The notes: a model not told the origin generated them from the letters alone. A stretch of DNA of 64,000 bases from an uncultured Holophaga sp. (GCA_963664825.1 OY761614.1:2560001-2624000); one strand, 5' to 3'; numbered from the stretch's first letter, positions 1-8,808 are shown. Translations and numbers: made by a program.

Positions 1-1337
1 TCTTCGGGCTGGTTCCAGTATCCCTGCATGACCTGCGGTCCTTGCACGACGATCTCGCCATGCTCGCCGGGGGCCACGGGCTTTCCATCCTCGTCCACGA
101 TGCGGATATCGGTGCCGGGCAGGGGGAGGCCCACGCCGCCCACCTGCTTCATGGTGCGCCGGAGGCGGTCGCCATGGCGGACGGCGGCATTGTAGGTGAC
201 CAGGGGGCTGGCTTCGCTCAGTCCGAAGCCTTCGATCACCAGGCAGCCCGTGAGTTCCTCCCAACACCGTAGGACCTCCGGGTGGGTCTGCATGCCCCCC
301 GCGAAGACCGCCAGCATCTTCCGGGTCATCTGGGGCTGGAACCAGCTCTCGTTGGGGAGGGCCTTGAGGAGCGTATTGACCGCCGTCATCCAGGTGATCT
401 CGTGGTTCTTGAAGGCCGCCCGGAGATTCTTGAGGGGCCTGGGGTTGGGCACCAGGATGCTATGGCTGCCGGAGTGGAATCCGTAGACCAGATTGATGGT
501 GAAGGCGATGACGTGGTACATCGGCAGGACCGTCAGCACGGTCTCCTCGCCGTAGGTGATGTAGATCCCCGAGATCTCGGCGATCTGCTCGGCGTTGGCG
601 AGCATGTTTCCGTGGCTCAGCATGGCGCCCTTGCTGGTGCCCGTGGTGCCCCCGGTGTACTGGAGCAGGGCCAGGGTCTCCCGGGTGGGGCTGGGGCGCT
701 TCACGGCCTCGGGCAGGATGCGTGCCTTGGCCAGGTACAGCGCGCCCTGATGCAGGGCCCGGGGCAGGGGCGTGAAGGCGTGTCCGATGGAGGGGATCTT
801 GCCCGAGAGCTTCAGCTTGGTCTTGATGAGGGCCCTAGAGAGTAAGGGAAAGAAATCGGCGACGCTGGTCACCACGAGGGTCTTCACGCGGGTCTTGGGC
901 ACGACGGAGGCCACCTTGTCGCCGAAGTGGTCGAGCACCACCAGGACTTCGGCGCCACTATCCTGGAGCTGGAGTTCCAGTTCCCGGGGCGTGTAGAGGG
1001 GGTTGGTGTTGACGACCACGCATCCGGCCTTGAGGGCACCGAAGGCGCAGATGGGGTAGGCCAGGGTATTGGGCAGGAGGATCGCGATGCGGGCGCCAAC
1101 CTGGAGCTGGAGGCCATGCTGGAGGTAGGCCGCGAAGGCATCCGAGAGCCGGTCGATTTCCTTGAAGCTGAGGGAGGCCTCCATGCCATTGGGCAGCACC
1201 AGGGTCTCGGCCCTCTTGTCTCCGTAGCGCTCCGCCGCCCGCTTCACCAGCTGGCCCAGGTTCTCGAAGGGGAAGGGCTGGGCCTCGCGTCCCACGCCTG
1301 TTGGATAACCTGAAAACCATGCTCGTTCTGTATTCAC
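1..1337 (-). CDS. fadD: Long-chain fatty acid-CoA ligase (AMP-binding), 3' end runs off the window
   Basis: Not in the ORF track. Manual translation from GTG 1337 gives VNTERAWFSGYPTGVGREAQPFPFENLG..., the AMP-binding motif LQYTGGTTGTSKGAMLSH, and LPMYHVIAF. Confidence 0.88.
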   Translation of the reverse strand, partial: MNTERAWFSGYPTGVGREAQPFPFENLGQLVKRAAERYGDKRAETLVLPNGMEASLSFKEIDRLSDAFAAYLQHGLQLQVGARIAILLPNTLAYPICAFGALKAGCVVVNTNPLYTPRELELQLQDSGAEVLVVLDHFGDKVASVVPKTRVKTLVVTSVADFFPLLSRALIKTKLKLSGKIPSIGHAFTPLPRALHQGALYLAKARILPEAVKRPSPTRETLALLQYTGGTTGTSKGAMLSHGNMLANAEQIAEISGIYITYGEETVLTVLPMYHVIAFTINLVYGFHSGSHSILVPNPRPLKNLRAAFKNHEITWMTAVNTLLKALPNESWFQPQMTRKMLAVFAGGMQTHPEVLRCWEELTGCLVIEGFGLSEASPLVTYNAAVRHGDRLRRTMKQVGGVGLPLPGTDIRIVDEDGKPVAPGEHGEIVVQGPQVMQGYWNQPE

Positions 1338-1489
1338 TCGTCCGCCTATTCGCTTGGACCGTGCCATGCAGGAGCGCCCGGCCAATCTTCGCCTCCTTGC
1401 AGAGGCCAATCCTCCATTCTAGTCCTTTTGGCCAATCCATGAAGGAGGCCGGTTTTTGCAGATTCCATCCGGCCTGGGAAAGGGTCCCT

Positions 1490-1505
1490 CTTGATGACCG
1501 TCAAG
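1490..1505. promoter_or_regulatory. CRP/FNR-family binding box
   Basis: CTTGATGACCGTCAAG = TTGA-N6-TCAA palindrome, centred about 54 nt upstream of the Fe-S gene ATG at 1552. Confidence 0.55.
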
Positions 1506-1551
1506 GTCGAGGAGATGGAATGAGGGGACCCTGAGGATCTGGGAGGCTCCA

Positions 1552-2367
1552 ATGGAACGTCAGATCATCCGGATTCTTGAGGCGAAGTGTGATGGTTGCG
1601 GTCTCTGCGCCAGTGGATGTCCAGAGGGGGCCCTGCAGGTGATCGACGGCAAGGCGCGGCTCGTCTCGGAGATCACCTGTGATGGCCTGGGCGCCTGCAT
1701 CGGCCAGTGCCCCCGGGGGGCCATCGAGATCGAACTGCGGGAGGCGGCGCCCTACGACGAGCGGAGGACCCTCGAGAACCTCCTGCCCATGGGCGCCAAC
1801 ACCTTGAAGGCCCATCTCCAGCACCTGCACGCCCATGCCCAGACCACCTATCTCGACCAGGCCCTCGCCTACCTGAAGGAGCAGGAACTGCCTGTTCCCG
1901 AATTCAAGGCCCAGGGTTGCCCTGGATCCGCACCCCGGGTCCTGCATCGGGAACCCGTGGCTGCGGAATCCCGGGATGGCCTCACGAGCCGCCTGGGCCA
2001 GTGGCCCGTGCAGATGCACCTCATCTCGCCCATGCACCCGGTCTTCCACGGATCGGATCTGCTGCTGGCCGCCGATTGTTGCGGTTTCGCCATGGCCGAT
2101 TTCAACCAGAGGCACCTCCCCGGCAAGACCCTCGCCATCGCCTGCCCCAAGCTGGACCAGGGCCAGGAGGTCTACCTGGACAAGCTGACGGCCCTCATCG
2201 ATGAGGCCCAGATCAATACCCTCACGGTGATGATCATGGAAGTGCCCTGCTGCGGTGGCCTCCTGCGCATGGCCCAGCAAGCCCTCGCGCGGGCGCAGCG
2301 CAAGGTGCCTCTCAAGGTCATCGTCGTGGGCATCGACGGGGAGATCCGCAAGGAGGCCTGGATCTGA
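1552..2367 (+). CDS. 4Fe-4S dicluster protein with conserved Cys-rich C-terminal domain
   Basis: CDGCGLCASGCP and CDGLGACIGQCP ferredoxin motifs; CPGS, QWPVQ, AADC, CPKLD, MEVPCCGGL motifs; GGAGG RBS. Confidence 0.85.
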   Translation: MERQIIRILEAKCDGCGLCASGCPEGALQVIDGKARLVSEITCDGLGACIGQCPRGAIEIELREAAPYDERRTLENLLPMGANTLKAHLQHLHAHAQTTYLDQALAYLKEQELPVPEFKAQGCPGSAPRVLHREPVAAESRDGLTSRLGQWPVQMHLISPMHPVFHGSDLLLAADCCGFAMADFNQRHLPGKTLAIACPKLDQGQEVYLDKLTALIDEAQINTLTVMIMEVPCCGGLLRMAQQALARAQRKVPLKVIVVGIDGEIRKEAWI

Positions 2368-2445
2368 AAGCGGTGGGAAGTGGGCGGTGGCCATCTTCCA
2401 GGGCAAGGCCGGGAGCCTGAACAGAGGGATCGCGCCTCCGAGGCG

Positions 2446-2561
2446 ATGGCGCGCCGCTATGTGGTCCTGAAGGGCATCGAGGAGGGCGAAAGGGACCTTG
2501 CCGAGGGACGACCCTGAGTTGGGAGGAAGAGAAAGCGGAGCTGCGCAAATGGCGCCGTTGA
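2446..2561 (+). pseudogene. Truncated, frameshifted type II antitoxin remnant (Phd/YefM-like C-terminus)
   Basis: MARRYVVLKGIEEGERDLAEGR, then a missing base near 2510, continuing TLSWEEEKAELRKWRR*; the stop overlaps the toxin start. Confidence 0.55.
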
Positions 2562-2854
2562 AGATTCGCTTCACCCTCGCGGCCAGTCGGAAGTTGGACG
2601 AGATCCTGGGTTTCATTGCCCAGGAGAATTCGGATGCGGCCGGAAAACTTTCGGAGCGGATCGAGCAGGGTCTGGACCGCCTCTCGGCGTTCCCGGATTC
2701 TGGCCTTAAGATCCCTGAGGCCCCAGAACGGCGGCAGCGAGAGTTGGTGGTCCCGCCCTGCGTGCGGCTCTTCTACTGGGCGGAGGGGAAAGACCTGGTG
2801 GTGCTTCATGCGATGCGTTCGGAACAGGCCTTTCAGGGCGAGAACCTGGAGTAG
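2549..2854 (+). CDS. Type II toxin, RelE/ParE family
   Basis: 101 aa, MAPLKIRFTLAASRKLDEILGFIAQENSDAA...LSAFPDSG...RELVVPPCVRLFY, typical ParE pattern. Confidence 0.85.
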   Translation: MAPLKIRFTLAASRKLDEILGFIAQENSDAAGKLSERIEQGLDRLSAFPDSGLKIPEAPERRQRELVVPPCVRLFYWAEGKDLVVLHAMRSEQAFQGENLE

Positions 2855-2930
2855 GGTCGGCCTCCCTTTCGTCGTCCCACCCGGATCATGGAGCTGTGTG
2901 CTGTCAGACTGGAAGGGCTTCGAGGCTCCC

Positions 2931-3911
2931 ATGCACGACACCCGCTGCTACGACGATATCCTGGATGTGATCGGCCACACGCCGATGGTGCGGCTCAACC
3001 GCATCACCGAAGGCCTGGGCTGCCACATCTACGCCAAGCTGGAATTCCTCAATCCCATGGGCAGCAGCAAGGATCGCATCGCCCGGTACCTGGTGGAGGC
3101 GGCAGAGAAGGACGGTCGCCTGAAGCCGGGAGATACCATTTTGGAGAATTCCTCGGGCAATACGGCCATGGGATTAGCGCTCCTGGCCATCCAGAAGGGC
3201 TACAAGCTCACGGTGGTCGTGCGGGATCGCACCAGCAAGGAGAAACTGGATCAGCTGAAGGCTCTCGGCGTGGACGTGGTGAAGGTGGATACCTCCCTCC
3301 CGCCCGAGCACCCCGATAGCTACAACAACATCGCCCCCAGGTTGGCCAAGGAGCTCCCGCACTGCTACTTCCCCGATCAGCACAACAACCGGGAGAACAA
3401 CCAATCCCACTACCTGGGCATGGGGCCCGAGATCTGGGACCAGATGGAGGGCCGCATCGATGCGGTGGTGGCCGGCATGGGCACTGGCGGCACCATCGGG
3501 GGCGTGGGGCGCTATCTCAAGGAAAAGAACCCCGCCATCCAGGTGGTGGCCGTGGATGTGGAGGGCTCGATTTTTACGGAGTATTTCCGGACGGGCAGGG
3601 TCGGCAAGGCCGCGCCCTACCTGCTGGAGGGACTGGGGGACGAGTTCCTGATCGGGTGCGCGGATTTCTCCGTGATCGACGAGATGGTGCAGGTCTCGGA
3701 CCGGGACGCCTTCCTGGCCGCCCGGGCACTCGCCCGCCGGGAGGGCCTACTGGTGGGCGGCTCCAGTGGGGCCGTCATCCACGCGGCGCTCCAGGTGGGG
3801 CGCACGCTGCCGCCGGGCGCTCGCATGGCCATCGTCTTCGCCGATAGCGCCTCCCGCTACCTGAGCACGATCTTCAACGACGAGTGGATGCACGAGAAGG
3901 GGATGCTCTAG
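2931..3911 (+). CDS. PLP-dependent cysteine synthase / cystathionine beta-synthase
   Basis: IGHTPMVRL, KLEFLNPMGSSKDRIA (PLP lysine), SSGNT, GMGTGGT, GGSSG. Confidence 0.9.
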   Translation: MHDTRCYDDILDVIGHTPMVRLNRITEGLGCHIYAKLEFLNPMGSSKDRIARYLVEAAEKDGRLKPGDTILENSSGNTAMGLALLAIQKGYKLTVVVRDRTSKEKLDQLKALGVDVVKVDTSLPPEHPDSYNNIAPRLAKELPHCYFPDQHNNRENNQSHYLGMGPEIWDQMEGRIDAVVAGMGTGGTIGGVGRYLKEKNPAIQVVAVDVEGSIFTEYFRTGRVGKAAPYLLEGLGDEFLIGCADFSVIDEMVQVSDRDAFLAARALARREGLLVGGSSGAVIHAALQVGRTLPPGARMAIVFADSASRYLSTIFNDEWMHEKGML

Positions 3912-5134
3912 TTTCCGAGATCCAGCCTGAGGTATTCGAAGGGGTTGATGCCCCAATCCTCCGGCAGTTCGCTGCCTGTGATGTGGTCCCCACCGTGCTT
4001 GGATTCCGATAGGTTGATATCGACCGGCCGGAGCTTCTTCCGGTTTTTGGCGTCATAGAGGATCCTCACGACGGGGAAGAGGAGGCCCTTTTCCCCCTGT
4101 TCCATGACGATGCCCACCCGCTGGCTTTCGAGCATGACCAGGCTGCCCACAGGGTAGATGCCGATGGCCTGGATGAAGTGCTGCACGAGTTCCGGGTCGA
4201 AATGATACTGGCTCCACTCGAAGAGCTTCTGGAGGGCGAGGGCTGGTTCCATGCCCTTGTGGTAGATGCGGTTGGAGGAGATGGCGTCGTAGACATCGAC
4301 CACGGCGGCCATGCGGCCCAGGTTGCTGATTTCAAGGCCATGCAGCTGATAGGGATAGCCTGTTCCGTCGAAGCGTTCGTGGTGCTCACCGGCGATCTGG
4401 ATCATCATCGGCGAGATATTGGGTGTCTGCTGGAGCGTCTCCAGGCCCAGGCTCACATGGCTCTTCATGATCTCGAATTCGGGGTCTGTGAGTTTGCCGG
4501 GCTTATTGAGGATGTGGTCGGGCACCCGCATCTTGCCCACATCGTGGAGCATGCCGCCGATGCCAGCCTCGATGAGTTGATCCTTCTCCATGCCCATGTA
4601 CCGGCAGAAGGCCACCAGGAGCGTGGCGACGCTGACGCAGTGCTGGAAGGTGTAGGTGTCACCCTCCTTGAGGCGGCACAGGCTTACGAGCGTTCCAGGG
4701 TTGCGGAGGATGGATTCAGTGATCTGCGTGACCACCGGGCTCACGCGTTCCACTTCCACCTGCTTGCCCAGGCGGATATCGGCCAGCATGCTGGTGATGA
4801 CCTCGCTGGCCTCGCACTGGATGTCCTTGGCGATGGCGAGTTCCTCGGCATGGGTGGTCTGGGGCGGGAGGCTGCGGCTGCGGGTCGCCAGATCCAGGAC
4901 CTTGTTCTGGATCTCCACCTCGATTTCCCGCTGGGTCGGGGCATCCGCTACATCGATACCCTTGATGGTATCGATGTAGAGTTCCCCGATCTTGCTCTCC
5001 TGGAGCTTCTTGAGGTCCTCCTCCTTCCGGAGGGTGAAGCGGCTGCGGAGGAAGTTATGGTCCATCCACCCGCAATTCAGGTCGTGGATGTACATCCCCA
5101 GTTTGAGATCTTCAACCTTGATTCTTTTGATCAT
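3908..5134 (-). CDS. HD-GYP c-di-GMP phosphodiesterase with N-terminal DUF3391-like domain
   Basis: HDVGK...ILNKPGKLT...HHERFDGTGYP...DVYDAISSNRIYHK; N-terminus MIKRIKVEDLKLGMYI. Confidence 0.9.
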   Translation of the reverse strand: MIKRIKVEDLKLGMYIHDLNCGWMDHNFLRSRFTLRKEEDLKKLQESKIGELYIDTIKGIDVADAPTQREIEVEIQNKVLDLATRSRSLPPQTTHAEELAIAKDIQCEASEVITSMLADIRLGKQVEVERVSPVVTQITESILRNPGTLVSLCRLKEGDTYTFQHCVSVATLLVAFCRYMGMEKDQLIEAGIGGMLHDVGKMRVPDHILNKPGKLTDPEFEIMKSHVSLGLETLQQTPNISPMMIQIAGEHHERFDGTGYPYQLHGLEISNLGRMAAVVDVYDAISSNRIYHKGMEPALALQKLFEWSQYHFDPELVQHFIQAIGIYPVGSLVMLESQRVGIVMEQGEKGLLFPVVRILYDAKNRKKLRPVDINLSESKHGGDHITGSELPEDWGINPFEYLRLDLGN

Positions 5135-5168
5135 GCTCCGCTCTGCTCAGTACAAGCCCGTCCTGACT

Positions 5169-5196
5169 CTATCGGGAGGTCCCGGCACCTGCCTTA
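5169..5196 (-). promoter_or_regulatory. Possible sigma-28 (FliA)-type promoter of the HD-GYP gene
   Basis: Minus strand TAAG-N16-CCCGATAG resembles TAAA-N15-GCCGATAA; imperfect. Confidence 0.3.
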
Positions 5197-5367
5197 TGAA
5201 TATATCTGAAAAACGTGTAAGATTGATTAAATAGAATAATAAAAATGCATCACGTATAAATACTGAAATTGTTTTAACTGCATAAAAAATACAAGTTATG
5301 ACAAAAATAGATTACACGCATAAATAACTACCTGGCTGTATTTACTGCAAAAGATAGCTTTGCAAAT

Positions 5368-5382
5368 TGGCTCGGGATTGGC
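5368..5382 (+). promoter_or_regulatory. Possible sigma-54 (-24/-12) promoter for comEA-pilin-radC
   Basis: TGGCTCGGGATTGGC has GG-N10-GC spacing, lies about 30 nt before the comEA start, and follows an AT-rich tract. Confidence 0.4.
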
Positions 5383-5413
5383 CTTTAGGGGGGTGCCATT
5401 CACGGGAGGCCCC

Positions 5414-5722
5414 ATGCTGAAGCCCCTTCAATCCCTGGCCCTGGTTCTTGCCCTGGTCGGCCCTGCCGCCATCGCCGAACGAGCCCCCCAACGCCCGGTG
5501 GACCTGAATACGGCGACGGTCACCGAACTCATGCAGCTGCCCCGGGTGGGCGCCAAGACCGCCGAGCGCATCGTCGCATTCCGAAAGCAGCACGGCGGTT
5601 TCCTCCGGCCCGAGGAGCTGATGAATGTGAAGGGCATTGGCGAGAAGAGCTACACGCGCCTCAAACCCTACATCCGCGTCCGTCCTGCCCAGACTCCACG
5701 CCCCATTCCGGTTCGCAAATAG
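5414..5722 (+). CDS. comEA: ComEA-family helix-hairpin-helix DNA-binding protein, exported
   Basis: Signal peptide, then VDLNTATVTELMQLPRVGAKTAERIVAFRKQHGGF...ELMNVKGIGEK; GGAGG RBS. Confidence 0.9.
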   Translation: MLKPLQSLALVLALVGPAAIAERAPQRPVDLNTATVTELMQLPRVGAKTAERIVAFRKQHGGFLRPEELMNVKGIGEKSYTRLKPYIRVRPAQTPRPIPVRK

Positions 5723-5730
5723 GAGGCATC

Positions 5731-6255
5731 ATGCGCGCCCTTGGAAATTCACAGCTTCTTTCCCATTCCGCCCGCATCCAGAAGGGCGTGAGCCTGGTGG
5801 AAACCTCCCTGGTGGTGGGTATCCTCGGGATCCTCTCCTCGGTGGGTCTCGGCATGATGCGCGGCCCCCGGATCGAACTCACCTGCGTCCAGCAGGATAT
5901 TCCGGCCGCCGTGATGCAGGCCATGCATCTGGCCAGGGCCAGGGGGACGAACGTCGTCGTGGCTCTGGGCCAGCCCGCATTGGGGCCCGATGTGCTTCCG
6001 GTGCAACTCCCCCGGCAGGTGAAATGGGGAAAGCCCGCCCAGATCCCGCTGCCTCCGGGGATGGACGAACCCACCCGTGCGACCACCACCGGCGAGGCCC
6101 ATGCCAAGGTGACCGTGACGCCACGGCACACGGCCACGGCCACCACTTGGTTCCTGAACGATGGAACGGACGCCCTGTGCATGAGGCTTTCCGGCCAGGG
6201 TCATCTGCAACTGCTCCGCTGGCGGGCCTCCCGCAAGTGCTGGACGAGGGTGTGA
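5731..6255 (+). CDS. Type IV minor pilin / pseudopilin (FimT/GspH-like)
   Basis: Class III signal QKG|VSLVETSLVVGILGILSSVGL with Glu at +5; GGAGG RBS. Confidence 0.7.
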   Translation: MRALGNSQLLSHSARIQKGVSLVETSLVVGILGILSSVGLGMMRGPRIELTCVQQDIPAAVMQAMHLARARGTNVVVALGQPALGPDVLPVQLPRQVKWGKPAQIPLPPGMDEPTRATTTGEAHAKVTVTPRHTATATTWFLNDGTDALCMRLSGQGHLQLLRWRASRKCWTRV

Positions 6256-6932
6256 TGCGAATGGCCGATATCTCTCCCGAACTGCGCCCCCGGGAACGGC
6301 TCCTGGCGGGCCATGGCGAAGAACTGAGCGATGCGGAACTGCTGGCCTTGCTCTTGGGTTCGGGGCGGAGGGGGCATAGCGCAGTCGAACTGGCCCAGGA
6401 GATCCTGGGGAGCACCGGCGGCCTGGCGGGCCTCCTCGTCCAGGGCCTCCAGGAATGGATCGCCATTCCTGGGCTCGGACCCGCCCGAGCCTGCCAGCTC
6501 TGGGCCTCGACGGAACTCTGTCGGCGCAGCCAGCGGGGCGCGGCGCGCCCGCGCATCACCAGCCCCCGGGCTGCCGGGACCTTCCTGCTCGATCGCTGCC
6601 ACGGCTGGACCGAGGAGCGCTTCGGGATGCTGGCCCTCAACGCCAAGGGCGAACTCCTGGCCGAGCGCATCCTGAGCCAGGGCACGGCCACGGGCACCCT
6701 CATCAGCCCGCGGGAATTCTTCCGGGAGGCCCTGCGCTTCGGCGCCACCTCGGCCCTGGCCTTCCACAACCATCCCAGCGGAGATCCCGCGCCCAGTCAC
6801 GAGGATGTGCAGCTCACCAAGCGCCTGCGGGCCGCGGGGGAATCCCTGGGCGTGCCCCTGGCCGATCACCTCATCCTGGGCCTGGAGCGCTATCACAGCT
6901 TCCGCGCCGCGGAAGGCTGGGATGGGGTGTGA
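6255..6932 (+). CDS. radC: RadC family JAB-domain protein
   Basis: RPRERLL...LSDAELLALLLGSG, PREFFREAL, HNHPSGDPAPSHED, DHLIL; start overlaps the pilin stop (TGATG). Confidence 0.92.
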   Translation: MRMADISPELRPRERLLAGHGEELSDAELLALLLGSGRRGHSAVELAQEILGSTGGLAGLLVQGLQEWIAIPGLGPARACQLWASTELCRRSQRGAARPRITSPRAAGTFLLDRCHGWTEERFGMLALNAKGELLAERILSQGTATGTLISPREFFREALRFGATSALAFHNHPSGDPAPSHEDVQLTKRLRAAGESLGVPLADHLILGLERYHSFRAAEGWDGV

Positions 6933-8636
6933 TCAGGCTTTGACGCGCAGGAGTTTCCGCTTCAGCAGGGTCAGCATCTGGCTCGCCTCCGGCACACCCA
7001 TGGTGAGGATGAGGGCCAGATAGAGGACCGCGGAGATCCCTATGACCGGGAAGAGGCGGAGGCTCGTGCCGAAGACGCCATGGAAGCGGAAGACATCCAC
7101 ACTGCGCCCCAACTGCCAGGCTGCCAGCCCCATGAGGGCCGAAGCCCCCGCCATGGCCAACCAGCCCCTTAAGACCTCCGCAGATGGCAAATGTCCGAGC
7201 CGCTTGTGCAGGCGGATCGTCAGCCAGCCTAGGCCGAGGAGGCTGGCCAGGCCGTTGGCGAGAGCGATGCCACCGGTGCTCAGGGGCCTCATCAACAGGT
7301 AGGAGAGGATCACGTTCCCCGCCATGCTAAGCAGGGCTGCATAGGCGGGGATCCGGTAATCCTTTAGCGCATACAGGCATTGGGCGGCGATGCGACTGGA
7401 GGCGATGAAGAGCAGACCCACGGCCTGGAAGGCCAGTGTGTGGGCGGTGAGCCTCGTGGCTTCGGCCCCGAAGCGCCCCGTCTGGAGGGTGAGGGCGATG
7501 ATGGGTTGGGCGAGCACCGCCATCCCAACACTGGCAGGGATGGCCAGCACCGCCGTCCCCCGCAAGGCGGTGGCCAGGCTCGAACGCACACCGTCTAGGT
7601 CTCCGGCATCCGCCAAGCGGCTCATGGCAGGCAGGCTGACGGTGGCGACGCTGGCTGCAAAGAGCCCCAGCACAGCCTCTCCGAGCATGTTGGAGTTGAT
7701 GACGACCGTCTGTGCGCCCTTGTAGAGCTGGGAAACCAGGAGCGAAGAGATGGCCACGTTGATGGGATGGATGCCCGTGCCCAGGATGCCGGGGGCCATG
7801 CGCTTGAGGGCGCGACGGACGCCTGGATGCCCGAGATGCAGGCCCCACTGAATACCGAAGCCCAGGCGCCGGAAGCTGGGCCAGAGGATGACGAGCTGTA
7901 CCAATCCTCCGCTGAGGGTGGCCAGCGCGAAGATGAGCGCGGCAATGCCGGGCTCTCGCCAGGCGGGAGGGCCCAGTTTCATGCAGAGCCAGCCCGTGGT
8001 GATGAAGGTCAGGTTGTAGAAGGTGGAGACCGAGGCCGGCAGTCCGAAGCGCCCCCGCAGGTTCAGCACCGCCGCCAGGCCGGCCGTGAGGCTGACCATG
8101 GCGAGATAGGGAAACATCCAGCGGCCGAGGGTTGTGGCCAGGGCCACGTCGCTGGGCATGGCGCGATGGCCGACCAGGATCTGACCGAGGGCGCCCAACT
8201 GCGTGGGAATCGAGGCTCCGGCAGGAGCCACGCGCCCCAGCATCATGAGGCCCGTGAAAAGGCCCATGGCCAGGATCCCGAGGGTGCAGATCAGGATCAG
8301 CAGCAGGCCCAGCGTGCCGAGGAATTTCGCCACCAGTTCCTGGGCTGCGGCCTCGCCATCTGCGCTTTCCGTCTCCGAGATCGTCGGCAGAAAGGCCGAG
8401 GTCATCGTGCCTTCGGCCGTGAAGCGCCGCAGCAGATTGGGAAGGCGATAGGCCACGTTGAAGGCGTCGGCGATGGCGCTCATGCCCAGGAAATGAGTCA
8501 CGATGCGGGATTGCAGGATACCTGAGAGGCGGGAGAAGAGGGTCATCAGACCCACCAGACCCGCGGAGCGAAGCATGCCCCGGGCTGGAGGCTGGGCGCC
8601 TTCAGGCGCAGGGATGGATTTGTCGTCGGAAGGCAT
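6933..8636 (-). CDS. murJ: Lipid II flippase MurJ
   Basis: MTLFSRL, ADAFNVAYRLPNLLRRFTAEG, many TM helices; an internal start at MLRSAG is also possible. Confidence 0.9.
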   Translation of the reverse strand: MPSDDKSIPAPEGAQPPARGMLRSAGLVGLMTLFSRLSGILQSRIVTHFLGMSAIADAFNVAYRLPNLLRRFTAEGTMTSAFLPTISETESADGEAAAQELVAKFLGTLGLLLILICTLGILAMGLFTGLMMLGRVAPAGASIPTQLGALGQILVGHRAMPSDVALATTLGRWMFPYLAMVSLTAGLAAVLNLRGRFGLPASVSTFYNLTFITTGWLCMKLGPPAWREPGIAALIFALATLSGGLVQLVILWPSFRRLGFGIQWGLHLGHPGVRRALKRMAPGILGTGIHPINVAISSLLVSQLYKGAQTVVINSNMLGEAVLGLFAASVATVSLPAMSRLADAGDLDGVRSSLATALRGTAVLAIPASVGMAVLAQPIIALTLQTGRFGAEATRLTAHTLAFQAVGLLFIASSRIAAQCLYALKDYRIPAYAALLSMAGNVILSYLLMRPLSTGGIALANGLASLLGLGWLTIRLHKRLGHLPSAEVLRGWLAMAGASALMGLAAWQLGRSVDVFRFHGVFGTSLRLFPVIGISAVLYLALILTMGVPEASQMLTLLKRKLLRVKA

Positions 8637-8712
8637 TGGAGCCGCCTGTCGGAATCGAACCAACGACCTTCGCATTACAAGTGCGGCGCTCTACCAACTG
8701 AGCTAAGGCGGC
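8637..8712 (-). tRNA. tRNA-Thr (anticodon UGU)
   Basis: GCCGCCTTAGCTCAGTTGGTAGAGCGCCGCACTTGTAATGCGAAGGTCGTTGGTTCGATTCCGACAGGCGGCTCCA: 76-nt cloverleaf with encoded CCA. Confidence 0.97.
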
Positions 8713-8735
8713 AAGGGGAATAGTGTATCTCAGCT
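8694..8735. repeat. 42-bp direct repeat, copy 1 (tRNA first 19 nt plus 23 nt upstream)
   Basis: ccaactgagctaaggcggcaaggggaatagtgtatctcagct; 41/42 identical to 8875-8916. Confidence 0.95.
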
Positions 8736-8808
8736 TGGGCGGGATGCTTAGTGGCGGGGCAGGAGGGAAACCCGGACAGTGCCTGCTGCGATTTCCGTGA
8801 TGATGCTC

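Noticed and set aside
5275..5310. Possible dif/Xer site (gcataa...ttatgacaaa)
   Set aside because: Arms are separated by 10 nt rather than 6 and match poorly
5196..5360. AT-rich tract as oriC unwinding element
   Set aside because: No adjacent DnaA boxes or dnaA/dnaN genes; the DnaA-like boxes are 33 kb away
5637..6254. Long N-terminal extension of radC (also 2616-2930, 34193-34498, 61910-62965 for other genes)
   Set aside because: Open frames overlapping real upstream genes; family motifs and RBS place the starts downstream
8637..8675. murJ N-terminal extension MRRSLVRFRQAAP from the ORF track
   Set aside because: It lies inside the tRNA gene
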